DNA of 64,000 nt from Fimbriimonadales bacterium (GTDB taxonomy: Bacteria; Armatimonadota; Fimbriimonadia; Fimbriimonadales; Fimbriimonadaceae): NCBI GenBank assembly GCA_038216655.1, contig JBBQPZ010000011.1:42265-106264 (forward strand), in the 5' to 3' direction. Each line of letters starts with the position of its first letter. Position 1 is the first letter of the stretch. Positions 1 to 8,736 of the stretch are shown here, in pieces. Position numbers and translations under genes: made by a program. The notes beneath the pieces are model-generated. The model made no database searches, was not told the DNA's origin, and was given only the letters and a program-made list of their open reading frames with translations.

Positions 1-1079
1 AGCATCGGCAGGTCGTTAGCCCCGTCTCCGACCGCCACTACCTGTTCTAGACTCAACCGTTCGGTCTGGGCCAATATCCGAAGAAGGTCCGCCTTCCTCT
101 GCCCGTCAACGATCTCGCCGGAGACCCGCCCCGTGGCCTTGCCGTCGACAATCTCAAGTTCGTTGGCGAATACATAATCGATCCCAAGCTGCTCCTGCAG
201 GATCTTTCCGAAGTAGCCGAATCCGCCCGACAGGATCGCTGTCTTGTATCCGAGGCGCTTAAGCGTCCGGACCAACCGCTCAGCGCCGTCGGTGAGCACG
301 AGGCGCGCGGCAACCACGTCCAGCTTCTCTTGGGAAAGTCCCTCCAGCAGCGCCAGCCGCCGAGTAAAGCTCCCCTTGAAATCCAGCTCGCCGCGCATCG
401 CGGCCTCCGTGATCTCCTTCACTTGATCCCCGACTCCAGCCTCCATTGCAAGCTCGTCGATGACCTCCTGCTGGATCAACGTGGAGTCCATGTCGAACAC
501 CACCAGCCGCCGATTCCGCCGGAACATCCCCTCGGCCTGGAAGGCGACGTCGACCTCCATCGTGCGCGCCATCACGACGAAGTCGGCCCGCATCCGCTCC
601 TTGTCCTGGGGCGTCCCGATCAGGGAGAACTCCATGCAACTCGCCACCTGTGGCGCGTCCTCGTCGAGCGGAATGCGACCCGAGAGCCGCGCGATCTTCT
701 CGATATTGAGCCCGTTCGAAGCGATGATTTCGCTGAGCCGGGCTAGGTGCTTGGCGGTAATTCGAGGCGCCAGCATCGTCACGACATGCCGCTCCTGCCC
801 CTGCGCCGCGACCCACTTGCCGTACTCGTCCACCGTGATCGGCGTGAACCGGATGTTCAGCCCCAGCTCGTGAGCCTTGAACAACAGTTCCTTCAGAACC
901 TGATACGACTTCTCGCCATCCGGCAGGTCAATCAGCATCCCGAGCGAGAGGTGATCGTGAATCACCGCCTGGCCGATGTCCAGCACCTCGGCTTCGTACC
1001 GGGCGAGAATGTCAGTCAAGAGCGCGGTAAGGCCGGGTCGGTCGTTGCCGACGACATTGACAAGGATGATTTCTTTCAT
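1..1079 (-). CDS. serB: Phosphoserine phosphatase SerB (ACT-ACT-HAD); C-terminus runs off the window edge
   Basis: Hand translation of the minus strand from ATG (1079-1077) gives MKEIILVNVVGNDRPGLTALLTDILARYEAEVLDIGQAVIHDHLSLGMLI..., then HAD motif I 'VVFDMDSTLI' and 'GDGANDLPML' at the edge. It is absent from the ORF track because no stop lies in the window. Confidence 0.85.
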   Translation of the reverse strand, partial: MKEIILVNVVGNDRPGLTALLTDILARYEAEVLDIGQAVIHDHLSLGMLIDLPDGEKSYQVLKELLFKAHELGLNIRFTPITVDEYGKWVAAQGQERHVVTMLAPRITAKHLARLSEIIASNGLNIEKIARLSGRIPLDEDAPQVASCMEFSLIGTPQDKERMRADFVVMARTMEVDVAFQAEGMFRRNRRLVVFDMDSTLIQQEVIDELAMEAGVGDQVKEITEAAMRGELDFKGSFTRRLALLEGLSQEKLDVVAARLVLTDGAERLVRTLKRLGYKTAILSGGFGYFGKILQEQLGIDYVFANELEIVDGKATGRVSGEIVDGQRKADLLRILAQTERLSLEQVVAVGDGANDLPM

Positions 1080-1164
1080 GGAGGTTCGCGCTTGCCCGAC
1101 GTACTGTCTACGTCAAGCCGCGGAACTCCATCGGTCCGCACCCCCATTTCACCCGATCTCGCGG

Positions 1165-2601
1165 CTACGTCGCGGGGACCGGCACAAGCAAAGCATCGAG
1201 CACGTCGTTTGCGGTGTAAGTCATTTGGCCCGGCTTCAGGAACTGGGCAATGTCCTTGACGTCATCCCCTGCGGTGATCAGGATCGGCTCGTGCACGCCC
1301 TTGCGGATTTGCCCCAGCCCGATCGTTGACAGCAACCCGTTACACACGCACATCCGACCCTCGGTGGCCTTCAGATCGCCGCCCTTAGCCACATAATCAT
1401 CGACCGGTTCACCGGGGCAGCGATAGCCCACAGTGCCGTCCTCCTTGCGGTACAGCTCCCGCAGGTAGCCAAGGTCGCAGATGCGCTCACGTTCGTGGTA
1501 GACGCCCGAATCGGCCAACGTTTGGTCCTGCTGTACCACCTTGAACGGGAATCCCGTGGGCGAGGCGAGCGGGTCGGTGAAGACTTTTGCCTTGTGGTCA
1601 ATGCTCTGCTGGATCGTGCGCGCCTTGATCTCCGGCTCGATGCCGGACTCCTCGCAGAAAGCGAACGCGGTGCCGACCTGAATCCCCTGGGCGCCCGTGG
1701 CGAGGGCTTCCTCAAGCATTCCCGGCCTGCCATAGGAACCGGCCAGCCAGAAGGGAAGGCCGAGTTCGTGGATCGCCGCGAGGTCCGGCTCGTCGCGCGG
1801 GCCGTACACTGGCTCTCCGGCCTCATCGATCACCATCGCGCCACGCGGCGGTGCGTTGTGCCCGCCCGCGGTCTTGCCCTCGACCACAAAGCCGTCGACC
1901 TTGCCGGACGACTTGCGGGCGAGGGTCAGGGCGAGGGTGGTGGACGAGACGATCGCGAGAAACTTGGGGCGGGCCAGGCTCGTCGTGCCCGGCGCGCAGT
2001 ACTTGGCGGGTTCGAAGTGAACCGAGAAATCTTCTCCGGCCTTGGCGCCGGTGACATCGAGCTTGAGCTCAGTCGACTCGATCGCCGCGAGGTGGTCGAG
2101 CGCCGCCGGGATGGCCCGAGGAATTCCCGCACCCATTAAGACGTAATCGACGCCCGCGAGCATCGCTCCGAACAACGAAGGAAGGGTCGGAAGCTGAATC
2201 TTCTCTAGCAGGTTGATGCCGACGAGGCCGTCGTGCCCAAGCTTGGCAAGGAAGACTTCGACGAAATTGGCCACGACGGTGAGTTCTGTGAGTGCCTGCG
2301 GCTCCTTTATCGTCGGAACCGGCTTGGATTTGAACGGCTTTTGGTCGGCTTTGCCGCCGTCCACGAAGTACCTGGCAAGCACACGCTCGGCCATTTCCTT
2401 GATCGGGAAATGCTTGAGCGCAAGTCGAATCTGCCCGTCGAGGTCGCCGAGTTGGAGCCGTCGAGTCAAGACCAGATCCATCCCCGTGCCCGATACGACG
2501 CCAAGTTGGCCGCGCTGAGCGACCGTGGAAGCCAACTGCCAAGAAGAAACCGCGATCCCCATCCCGCCCTGAATAATCTTCGGATAAGCCATGTTCACCA
2601 C
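1165..2601 (-). CDS. Nitronate monooxygenase / 2-nitropropane dioxygenase-like FMN oxidoreductase (long form)
   Basis: 478-aa ORF. The N-terminal 'IIQGGMGIAVSSWQLASTVAQRGQLGVVSG' resembles the NMO/FabK-type TIM-barrel signature. An alternative start exists at MAYPK (2592). Confidence 0.7.
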   Translation of the reverse strand: MVNMAYPKIIQGGMGIAVSSWQLASTVAQRGQLGVVSGTGMDLVLTRRLQLGDLDGQIRLALKHFPIKEMAERVLARYFVDGGKADQKPFKSKPVPTIKEPQALTELTVVANFVEVFLAKLGHDGLVGINLLEKIQLPTLPSLFGAMLAGVDYVLMGAGIPRAIPAALDHLAAIESTELKLDVTGAKAGEDFSVHFEPAKYCAPGTTSLARPKFLAIVSSTTLALTLARKSSGKVDGFVVEGKTAGGHNAPPRGAMVIDEAGEPVYGPRDEPDLAAIHELGLPFWLAGSYGRPGMLEEALATGAQGIQVGTAFAFCEESGIEPEIKARTIQQSIDHKAKVFTDPLASPTGFPFKVVQQDQTLADSGVYHERERICDLGYLRELYRKEDGTVGYRCPGEPVDDYVAKGGDLKATEGRMCVCNGLLSTIGLGQIRKGVHEPILITAGDDVKDIAQFLKPGQMTYTANDVLDALLVPVPAT

Positions 2602-2695
2602 CGCCCCTCATCCTTGCGAGGCCTATCCGATTATGGGAGCGCAAAGTCCCCAATAGGGCCCCGTCTGGGTCCTCCCAGCGAGGTTATTTTCTACC

Positions 2696-3064
2696 TCACA
2701 GGTTCAGGATTGTCAGACGAGCCGTGTTCGGTGTCCAGTTTGAGGCAGGTCTGCTAATGCTTGACCGCAGGTTGCCGCTTCCATGATTTCCAAATGCGTC
2801 AACGCCGATCTTGCTGACCGTGAGATGTTCATGGTTCAGCGCGGCCATGGTTCCGACCGGGCAAAGCGAGTAAGGGATCGACTTTCGCAGGCGGTCTGTC
2901 CGATCGCGTCGATCAGGACCCAGATCATCTGATTCGTCCACCGATACATCCCGGGCCGGATTGAGGGTGGACACGTATTCGTCGCACTGGCGGATCGCTG
3001 GCGCGAGTACACGGACGACGAGCTTGAAGTCAACATCATGCTGCTCATAAGGCGGGATATCCAC
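2696..3064 (-). CDS. Hypothetical protein
   Basis: 122-aa ORF with a GTG start and only moderate third-position GC. I recognise no motif. A competing ORF at 2836..3210 (-) is more Ser/Arg-rich and less protein-like. Confidence 0.3.
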   Translation of the reverse strand: MDIPPYEQHDVDFKLVVRVLAPAIRQCDEYVSTLNPARDVSVDESDDLGPDRRDRTDRLRKSIPYSLCPVGTMAALNHEHLTVSKIGVDAFGNHGSGNLRSSISRPASNWTPNTARLTILNL

Positions 3065-3248
3065 CTCCTCAAGCGATCCAGAACTTGAAGGAAGCCTTGG
3101 GTTTCTGGAGAGAGTTGCCTCGGGAGGCCAATGAAGCTAACCTTGGCGGGAACACCCCCCGAATCTATTTGTAATCTCAAACCGAGACCGGACTCTGTCC
3201 CCCTGAACAACCCAGCGCAAAAAGGGCGAATGATGTAGATTCAAACCA

Positions 3249-5675
3249 ATGGGGACGTGGCGGATCGAGATGTTCGGTAGCCTCCGTGCCTCGTGTGGCG
3301 GCCGGACGATCGACCGATTCCCGACCCAAAAAACCGCCGCCTTACTTGCCTACCTCGCCCTCTTTCCCCGAACCTCTCACTCACGAGAAGTCCTTGCGGA
3401 AACCTTCTGGCCCGACGCCGACCCCGAGTCACAGCGGCACTCCCTCCGCCTCGCTCTTTCCCGACTCCGGGCCCTCCTCGGGCCAGACCATCCCCTCGAG
3501 ACCGAGCGTCTGTCCGTTCGTCTCAACCCCGCACGATTCGTCACCGATGTCGCCGAGTTCGAAGGCGCGGTCGCTCGCAAGGACTCCAAATTGGCTCGGC
3601 GACTCTATGCAGGCTCCCTCCTCCCCGGCTACTACGACTCTTGGCTGATGGAAGAGCAATCGCGACTTGAATGCCTCAACGAGGCCCTCGGCGAGAGCGA
3701 CACCATCCTCCCCCTGACCTTGCCCCAAGGGCTCGGCCGCCTCTTCGGCCGGTTAGCTGAGCAAGCCGCCATCGCCGCACTCCTTCAACCAGGACGGATC
3801 GTCACCCTCACAGGACCCGGTGGAATGGGAAAGACCCGGCTCGCCGCCGCCGTCGCCAAGAACCACGGTCGCGCGATCTGGGTGCACCTGGCCGACCTGT
3901 CGGACGGTTCGCAAGTTGCCGACGCCTTGCGCGGTTCGCTTCGCCTTCCCGCCCCCGCCCCGGGTTTTGCGGTCGAAGACCTGGTTGCCCGGGAGCTGGA
4001 GGAGATCGCGCCCGTCCTGCTCGTGTTCGATAACACCGAGCAACTCGTGGGTGCTTCGCTGACCGCCATCCTTGGTCGATTCCTAAGGGTGGCTGGCGTA
4101 TCTCTCCTCGTCACGTCCCGACGCGTCCTCGGATTGACGGAAGAGGCCGAGGTCCCACTCGGCCCTCTAGGAGATGCCGACGGGGCGGCTTTGTTCGAGG
4201 ATCGGGCCAAACGGTCAAGACCCGGGCTCGCTGCACCGACCGAAGTCCTCCACCAACTGTCGAGGAGACTCGGCGGAATGCCTTTGGCCCTCGAACTGGC
4301 CGCCGCCCGGGCCGGAGTTCAGGAGCTATCCCAAATCGAAGCCGCTAACTGGACCGTCGAAGGAGATTTCGGCGAATCCCTCGGGATTCCCGCCCGCCAA
4401 CGGTCACTCGACAAGGTTCTCCGCGCCAGCCTCGATCTGCTCGAGCCCGAAACCCGCCGTGCCTTTGACCGACTCGCCGTCTTTAGGGGCGGATTTGATG
4501 CCGCCGCCGCCCACGCCGTTGCCGATGCCGGCCTCGCCCAGTTGGAAGCCCTCCGCCGCTGGGCTCTTATTGTTTCTCGCGAGGAGCCCGACGGCACCCT
4601 CCGCTTCCGCTTGCCCGAGCCCCTCCGAGACGTCGCCGCCCAATCGCAGCCCGACGCCGCCAAAGCCCACGCCGAGTACTTCGCCGACTGGATCGAAGCC
4701 AATCGGGCGGATGACCTCCCCCCACCTCCCCGACACTTCGGCCAACGCCTTGCCCTCCAGGAACGTGAGCGCGACAATGTCCGCGCTGCCCTGGAAACCT
4801 GCCAAGCATCTAACGATCCCGCCGACAGGGAGACCGGCCTCCGCATCGTCGCCGCTTTCTGGACCCACTGGTACGTTCGAAACGCCGGCACCGAGATGGA
4901 AACCTGGGCTCGATCTCTCCTCGTCGGCCCCGGCGGCAAGGCAAACCCCCTCAAGAGAGCGGCCGCCCAACTCTCCCTCGCCCTTGCGGTCCGAGAGAGC
5001 GGATCCCACGACGCGGCCGCCCAGCAAATCGAAGGAGCCCTCCACACCCTCAAATCGGGCCCCCGCGACCGAAATCTCGCCTTCGCCTGGCATTTGCGTG
5101 GTCTCTCTCTCTCCGACCTCGGCCGAGCCGAGGAGGCCGAAGCCGCCTATCTGGAGTCCGAGCAAATCTGGACTGAGATCCAAGACACCCGCAACTTCGG
5201 CATCACCCGCCATAACCGCGCGATGCTCGCCGCGGACTGCAGCAACCTCGACAAGGCCGACGTCCTCGTCGGCGAAGCCATGGAACTCTTCCGCCAACAG
5301 ACCAGCACCTACGTGGCCATCGCCAACGCCACGATCGGCAGCATTCGACGCTCCCGAGGAGATTACGCAGGAGCCGCCGCCGCCCTCGCCGAAGCTGCGG
5401 CACTCCACCGCCAAATGGGATACGTCCGAGGCTGGGCCCAAAACGAGCGCGACCTCGCCCTCTGCCTCCATCAGCTCGGTAAGCACGACGAGGCAAGACA
5501 AACCGCCGAGCAAGCTCTCGCCGCGTTCCGAAGAGTGGGAGACCGCCACGGCGAAGCCACCGCCCTCGCAGCCCTCTCGCGCATCACCAGTGAACCTTGG
5601 CACGCCGACGAAGCCCGCGGAATCCTCGCCCGCCACCGCCTCCACACCGTCGGTGAACTCCTCAAAGACCTTTGA
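3249..5675 (+). CDS. SARP/AfsR-like STAND regulator (N-terminal wHTH + BTAD, central P-loop NB-ARC-type NTPase, C-terminal TPR-like repeats)
   Basis: 808-aa ORF. 'RIEMFGSLRASCGGRTIDRFPTQKTAALLAYLAL...EVLAETFWPD' fits an OmpR-type wHTH/BTAD. It has Walker A 'GPGGMGKTRLA' and Walker B-like 'LLVFDNTE'. The C-terminal helical repeats ('AEAAYLESEQIW', 'AALHRQMGY', 'ALAAFRRVGDRHGEATAL') look TPR-like. Confidence 0.8.
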   Translation: MGTWRIEMFGSLRASCGGRTIDRFPTQKTAALLAYLALFPRTSHSREVLAETFWPDADPESQRHSLRLALSRLRALLGPDHPLETERLSVRLNPARFVTDVAEFEGAVARKDSKLARRLYAGSLLPGYYDSWLMEEQSRLECLNEALGESDTILPLTLPQGLGRLFGRLAEQAAIAALLQPGRIVTLTGPGGMGKTRLAAAVAKNHGRAIWVHLADLSDGSQVADALRGSLRLPAPAPGFAVEDLVARELEEIAPVLLVFDNTEQLVGASLTAILGRFLRVAGVSLLVTSRRVLGLTEEAEVPLGPLGDADGAALFEDRAKRSRPGLAAPTEVLHQLSRRLGGMPLALELAAARAGVQELSQIEAANWTVEGDFGESLGIPARQRSLDKVLRASLDLLEPETRRAFDRLAVFRGGFDAAAAHAVADAGLAQLEALRRWALIVSREEPDGTLRFRLPEPLRDVAAQSQPDAAKAHAEYFADWIEANRADDLPPPPRHFGQRLALQERERDNVRAALETCQASNDPADRETGLRIVAAFWTHWYVRNAGTEMETWARSLLVGPGGKANPLKRAAAQLSLALAVRESGSHDAAAQQIEGALHTLKSGPRDRNLAFAWHLRGLSLSDLGRAEEAEAAYLESEQIWTEIQDTRNFGITRHNRAMLAADCSNLDKADVLVGEAMELFRQQTSTYVAIANATIGSIRRSRGDYAGAAAALAEAAALHRQMGYVRGWAQNERDLALCLHQLGKHDEARQTAEQALAAFRRVGDRHGEATALAALSRITSEPWHADEARGILARHRLHTVGELLKDL

Positions 5676-5723
5676 GACGATGCTGAGACGGTGGCCCGTT
5701 ACGATGCTAAATGGAGTCCGCCC

Positions 5724-6698
5724 ATGCAAACCCGAAAAGTCATCATTGCCACCCTCGCCTGCCTAACCGCCCAAAACGCCGCCGCTCAGCTGTACATCGA
5801 CAACCTCGTGACGGCCAGGGGCTATGACCCGTCCACCGACAGCCATACCGATACCTTCGGCTCTACACAGGAGTGGGAAGCCCACAACCGAGACACCAAC
5901 TTGACGGCCGTATCCCATCCCCACCCCTTCGACCCGCCCATCAATGTCTCGACCGCGATGTCCCACTTCAATCAGCCGCAGTACGCCCTCGCCACCGTGC
6001 GGGCATCCAGCTTCGTTCTCTCCGATTACAGCGGAATCAGTTCCTCAATGGGCTACGAGGCTTTCACCAGCTTCATCGTTAAGGAGAATCTCGTGGTCAC
6101 GACCGGAGCCTTCGAGGGGCCCATGGTCCACATCCAGTGCTCCGTCCCTATGCACGGTTATTTGGCCGCTCGCGGCGGGCCCAACGGCGATGGCTTTGCC
6201 TATGCCAGCTTGAACGTATCCGGGTCCGACGTTAACCCATTAACGGGGAGCACCACCCTGATCGATCAACTTCAGGGAGAGGTCCAGGTGGAAGGAACCG
6301 ACTACAACGTCTTCACCCTCACGACCTCCGGGATGTGGAACGGCGACACCCAAAACAGCTTGGTCAACCTCCCAACCGGAAACCAGCCTCGGTCAAGCGA
6401 CGGCATCGAGTTGCAAAGCGACGACCTACTCGACCTCGGATATATGCAGGCCAACGACACAAGAGAGTTCGCCATCGACTACGAGATGTACACGAGCGCC
6501 AGCATCCCCAACCCGAACAGCCTCTTCGCTCTCTCCGACTTCAGCGGCACCGGCAACCTAAACTTCGTCGCCCACGATGCCGACGGCAACCCGTTCACCA
6601 ACTTCACCGTAAATCCCGCCGACGCCGTCCCCGAACCCGTAACCCTCGCCGCCCTAACCCTAGCCCTCGTCGCGGCTCGCAGGAGACGCGTGAAGTAG
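5724..6698 (+). CDS. Secreted PEP-CTERM-anchored protein, function unknown
   Basis: Signal peptide MQTRKVIIATLACLTAQNAAAQ. The C-terminal 'VPEPVTLAALTLALVAARRRRVK' is a PEP motif plus TM helix plus Arg cluster. The ORF-track start at 5691 (GTG) is also possible. Confidence 0.75.
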   Translation: MQTRKVIIATLACLTAQNAAAQLYIDNLVTARGYDPSTDSHTDTFGSTQEWEAHNRDTNLTAVSHPHPFDPPINVSTAMSHFNQPQYALATVRASSFVLSDYSGISSSMGYEAFTSFIVKENLVVTTGAFEGPMVHIQCSVPMHGYLAARGGPNGDGFAYASLNVSGSDVNPLTGSTTLIDQLQGEVQVEGTDYNVFTLTTSGMWNGDTQNSLVNLPTGNQPRSSDGIELQSDDLLDLGYMQANDTREFAIDYEMYTSASIPNPNSLFALSDFSGTGNLNFVAHDADGNPFTNFTVNPADAVPEPVTLAALTLALVAARRRRVK

Positions 6699-6831
6699 TT
6701 CCGTGCGGTTTGCTCCGCCCAAATGGACGAGAGGGGCTCTAAGGGACCAGCCGACCTTGGTCTGATGCCGACAGTGGAGTGGGGTGAGGGCTTGCAAACG
6801 AAGTTAGTTCGGACCGAACTGTTCAAGAGCT

Positions 6832-6880
6832 TGGCGCGGCTGAAAGGACTCGAACCTTCGACTTCTTCCTTCGGAGGGAA
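6832..6880 (-). repeat. Exact 49-nt copy of the 3' half of tRNA-Arg(CCG); att-like direct repeat
   Basis: TGGCGCGGCTGAAAGGACTCGAACCTTCGACTTCTTCCTTCGGAGGGAA is identical to 8483..8531 and spans from the CCA end back into the anticodon stem. The sequence diverges immediately after. Confidence 0.9.
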
Positions 6881-6898
6881 ATATCTTAACCATTTCCA

Positions 6899-7195
6899 GT
6901 GACCCGTGCGCGACATTTGAACCTAATTGCTCGGAATACTGATTCTCACGCGGGCATCGAGACGTTCCGCATCTGCCCAAAGGTTGGGCAGAACGGATAC
7001 CCGATTCTTCCTACCGGGCCTGAGCCAAGGTACGATAGGTGCGCGGCCTGCTGTATCATGTGGTTTCCGGACCGAAGTACCGAATGTGGTTGCCTCGACT
7101 GTGGGTCGGAGGACGATCACGAGAACCCACATACTGAGGAAGAGGAGTTTGACAGAGAATTGGAGCGCTTGGAGAATGTGTTCGAAGACTTGTAG
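6899..7195 (+). CDS. Hypothetical small Cys-rich, acidic-tailed protein (inside the low-GC islet)
   Basis: 98-aa ORF with a GTG start, or ATG at 7058 giving MWFPDRSTECGCLDCGSEDDHENPHTEEEEFDRELERLENVFEDL. The Cys cluster (CAACC...CGCLDC) hints at a zinc ribbon. I recognise no homology. Confidence 0.3.
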   Translation: MTRARHLNLIARNTDSHAGIETFRICPKVGQNGYPILPTGPEPRYDRCAACCIMWFPDRSTECGCLDCGSEDDHENPHTEEEEFDRELERLENVFEDL

Positions 7196-7223
7196 GTTAA
7201 ACGGCGAATTAGAGGTCCAAGTA

Positions 7224-7616
7224 ATGAACAATCAATGTTGGAGTTTATTCCTTATTGCAGCACTTACAAGCAGTGCATGTGCTGCGGGAACACTAGAAGG
7301 TGACTGGGAGACGTGGATTTCAAAACAGAAGATTGTTGCCCACTTTGAAAAGGGCGGACATTTCCGAGAAGTGATTATGGATTCCAAGGGCACTGTATGG
7401 ATGGAGTGGTTCGGAACTTACAAAGTTAAGTCAGATAGATTGCATATCGATGTCACCGATATGAAGTTTCCTGGGAAGAACCAATCGATTAGCCCTTGGC
7501 ACGGTGTGAAGCCATTCGACTGGCGTATTGTGTTGAAGGGAAAGGAATTAAGAGAGTATGGTGTACGTGACGAGAATAGAGGGAAGCTATATACTGTCTA
7601 TCACCGAATCAAGTGA
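7224..7616 (+). CDS. Small secreted protein, lipocalin-like pattern (islet cargo)
   Basis: ATG 7224 is in frame within ORF 6927..7616. Signal peptide MNNQCWSLFLIAALTSSACAAG is followed by 'LEGDWETW', and the protein ends 'LYTVYHRIK'. Composition is AT-rich relative to the flanks. Confidence 0.55.
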   Translation: MNNQCWSLFLIAALTSSACAAGTLEGDWETWISKQKIVAHFEKGGHFREVIMDSKGTVWMEWFGTYKVKSDRLHIDVTDMKFPGKNQSISPWHGVKPFDWRIVLKGKELREYGVRDENRGKLYTVYHRIK

Positions 7617-7708
7617 ACCGGTGCCGGGACATATGATAGGGATATTCCGCTTCTCTTGGTTGGTGGGTCATGGGCATTCCGTAGGATCGTTGAATTGGAG
7701 AGTTTAAA

Positions 7709-8143
7709 ATGTGTCTTTTGGGAGTGTTAGTAGCATGCGCAGTAGTGAATGGAGGTCATCCAGGGATTACTCGCATCGCGGGTACATGGACATTGACGGG
7801 GGTTGATATTGAGACGCTGAGATTTGGTGTTGACGGAAGCTTTTATGCCAATTACGCGATTAACTCAGGAGGCGCCAAGGAACTGCGGCAGTTCAAAGGA
7901 GCAAGGTTCGACCAGTCTGGTAGCTATTCACTCGACGCTGCCGCAACTAGCCTTCACCTCCGCATCTCACGTCCAAGATTTTTTAGTGGATCGAGGCTGG
8001 AGCAAGTCCAAGAGTTAAAGTATGACGAGATCGACCCGATAATCTTGGTCGGTGCGCGCTTAAAGATCTATCGAGCTACCGACGGGAGTGGCGTAAAGAC
8101 TTGGCGAGTGTTCACGCGCATAAAAAAGGGCCGGAAAGCTTAG
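7709..8143 (+). CDS. Small secreted or lipid-anchored protein, distant paralogue pattern of 7224..7616
   Basis: 144-aa ORF with hydrophobic N-terminus MCLLGVLVACAVV. It has 'IAGTWTLTG', 'GSYSLDAAATSLHLRI' and ends 'WRVFTRIKKGRKA'. The motif order matches the preceding ORF. Confidence 0.5.
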   Translation: MCLLGVLVACAVVNGGHPGITRIAGTWTLTGVDIETLRFGVDGSFYANYAINSGGAKELRQFKGARFDQSGSYSLDAAATSLHLRISRPRFFSGSRLEQVQELKYDEIDPIILVGARLKIYRATDGSGVKTWRVFTRIKKGRKA

Positions 8144-8482
8144 CGTCGATGCGACGCTGTTTCGCTTCGCACTTAGGTCGTTTGAACTAGAATTCGCAGA
8201 GACTGTCAAGTCTGGAGCAATTGTTCGAGATTATCGGTGCGTCGGATTTCCGTTCAGCTTGCTCCTGAGTATGCCTGCTGGGGCAAGGACAAGTATTTCC
8301 AGCAAAAGGCGGTCAAGGATCAGGCGAATCGGGTCTCCTTCGCCGACTACTATCCAAGCACTGCCGCAGCCGGCAAGCGAGGCCAACACAGTTCTTGCCC
8401 AATAAATGCCCAAGAAAGACAATAAGAGGAGGGTATTGGCTCAAGAGAAGAGTGTGAAATCTCCATTTTGAGTTTAAAAAGT

Positions 8483-8558
8483 TGGCGCGGCTGAAAGGAC
8501 TCGAACCTTCGACTTCTTCCTTCGGAGGGAAGCGCTCTATCCACTGAGCTACAGCCGC
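8483..8558 (-). tRNA. tRNA-Arg (anticodon CCG), CCA encoded
   Basis: The reverse complement GCGGCTGTAGCTCAGTGGATAGAGCGCTTCCCTCCGAAGGAAGAAGTCGAAGGTTCGAGTCCTTTCAGCCGCGCCA folds as a cloverleaf. The anticodon loop is CTCCGAA. Confidence 0.95.
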
Positions 8559-8736
8559 GTGTCTCGGTTTCCAGGATACCTTTGGGCGCAGTCCCGTGCC
8601 AGGTTCTGTGGCATACGGGGGTGTTAGGCGTTGGGTGTTGGGTCGGACCGGGTGGTGCCTTCAATTCCATTAGCTCCATCACCCCGGTCACCCAATCAAG
8701 CGGAAAGGTATCCTGTAGCCTCGTCTCGACCTCCCC

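Noticed and set aside
4174-5766. Very long alternative-frame and antisense ORFs inside the STAND regulator gene (4174..5766 +, 4404..5729 -, 4319..5053 -)
   Set aside because: They are fully nested in a well-supported 808-aa gene. Their translations are Pro/Ser/Arg/Ala/Gly low-complexity sequence, typical of stop-codon-poor off-frames in high-GC DNA, and they carry no motifs.
8350-8691. 113-aa ORF overlapping tRNA-Arg
   Set aside because: It covers a bona fide tRNA gene and GGTGTT repeat DNA, and has no coding features.
8571-8716. 11-nt inverted repeat (AGGATACCTTT / AAAGGTATCCT) flanking the tRNA-Arg/smc spacer
   Set aside because: It is short enough to arise by chance in 64 kb, it encloses a GGTGTT repeat patch, and I could infer no function.
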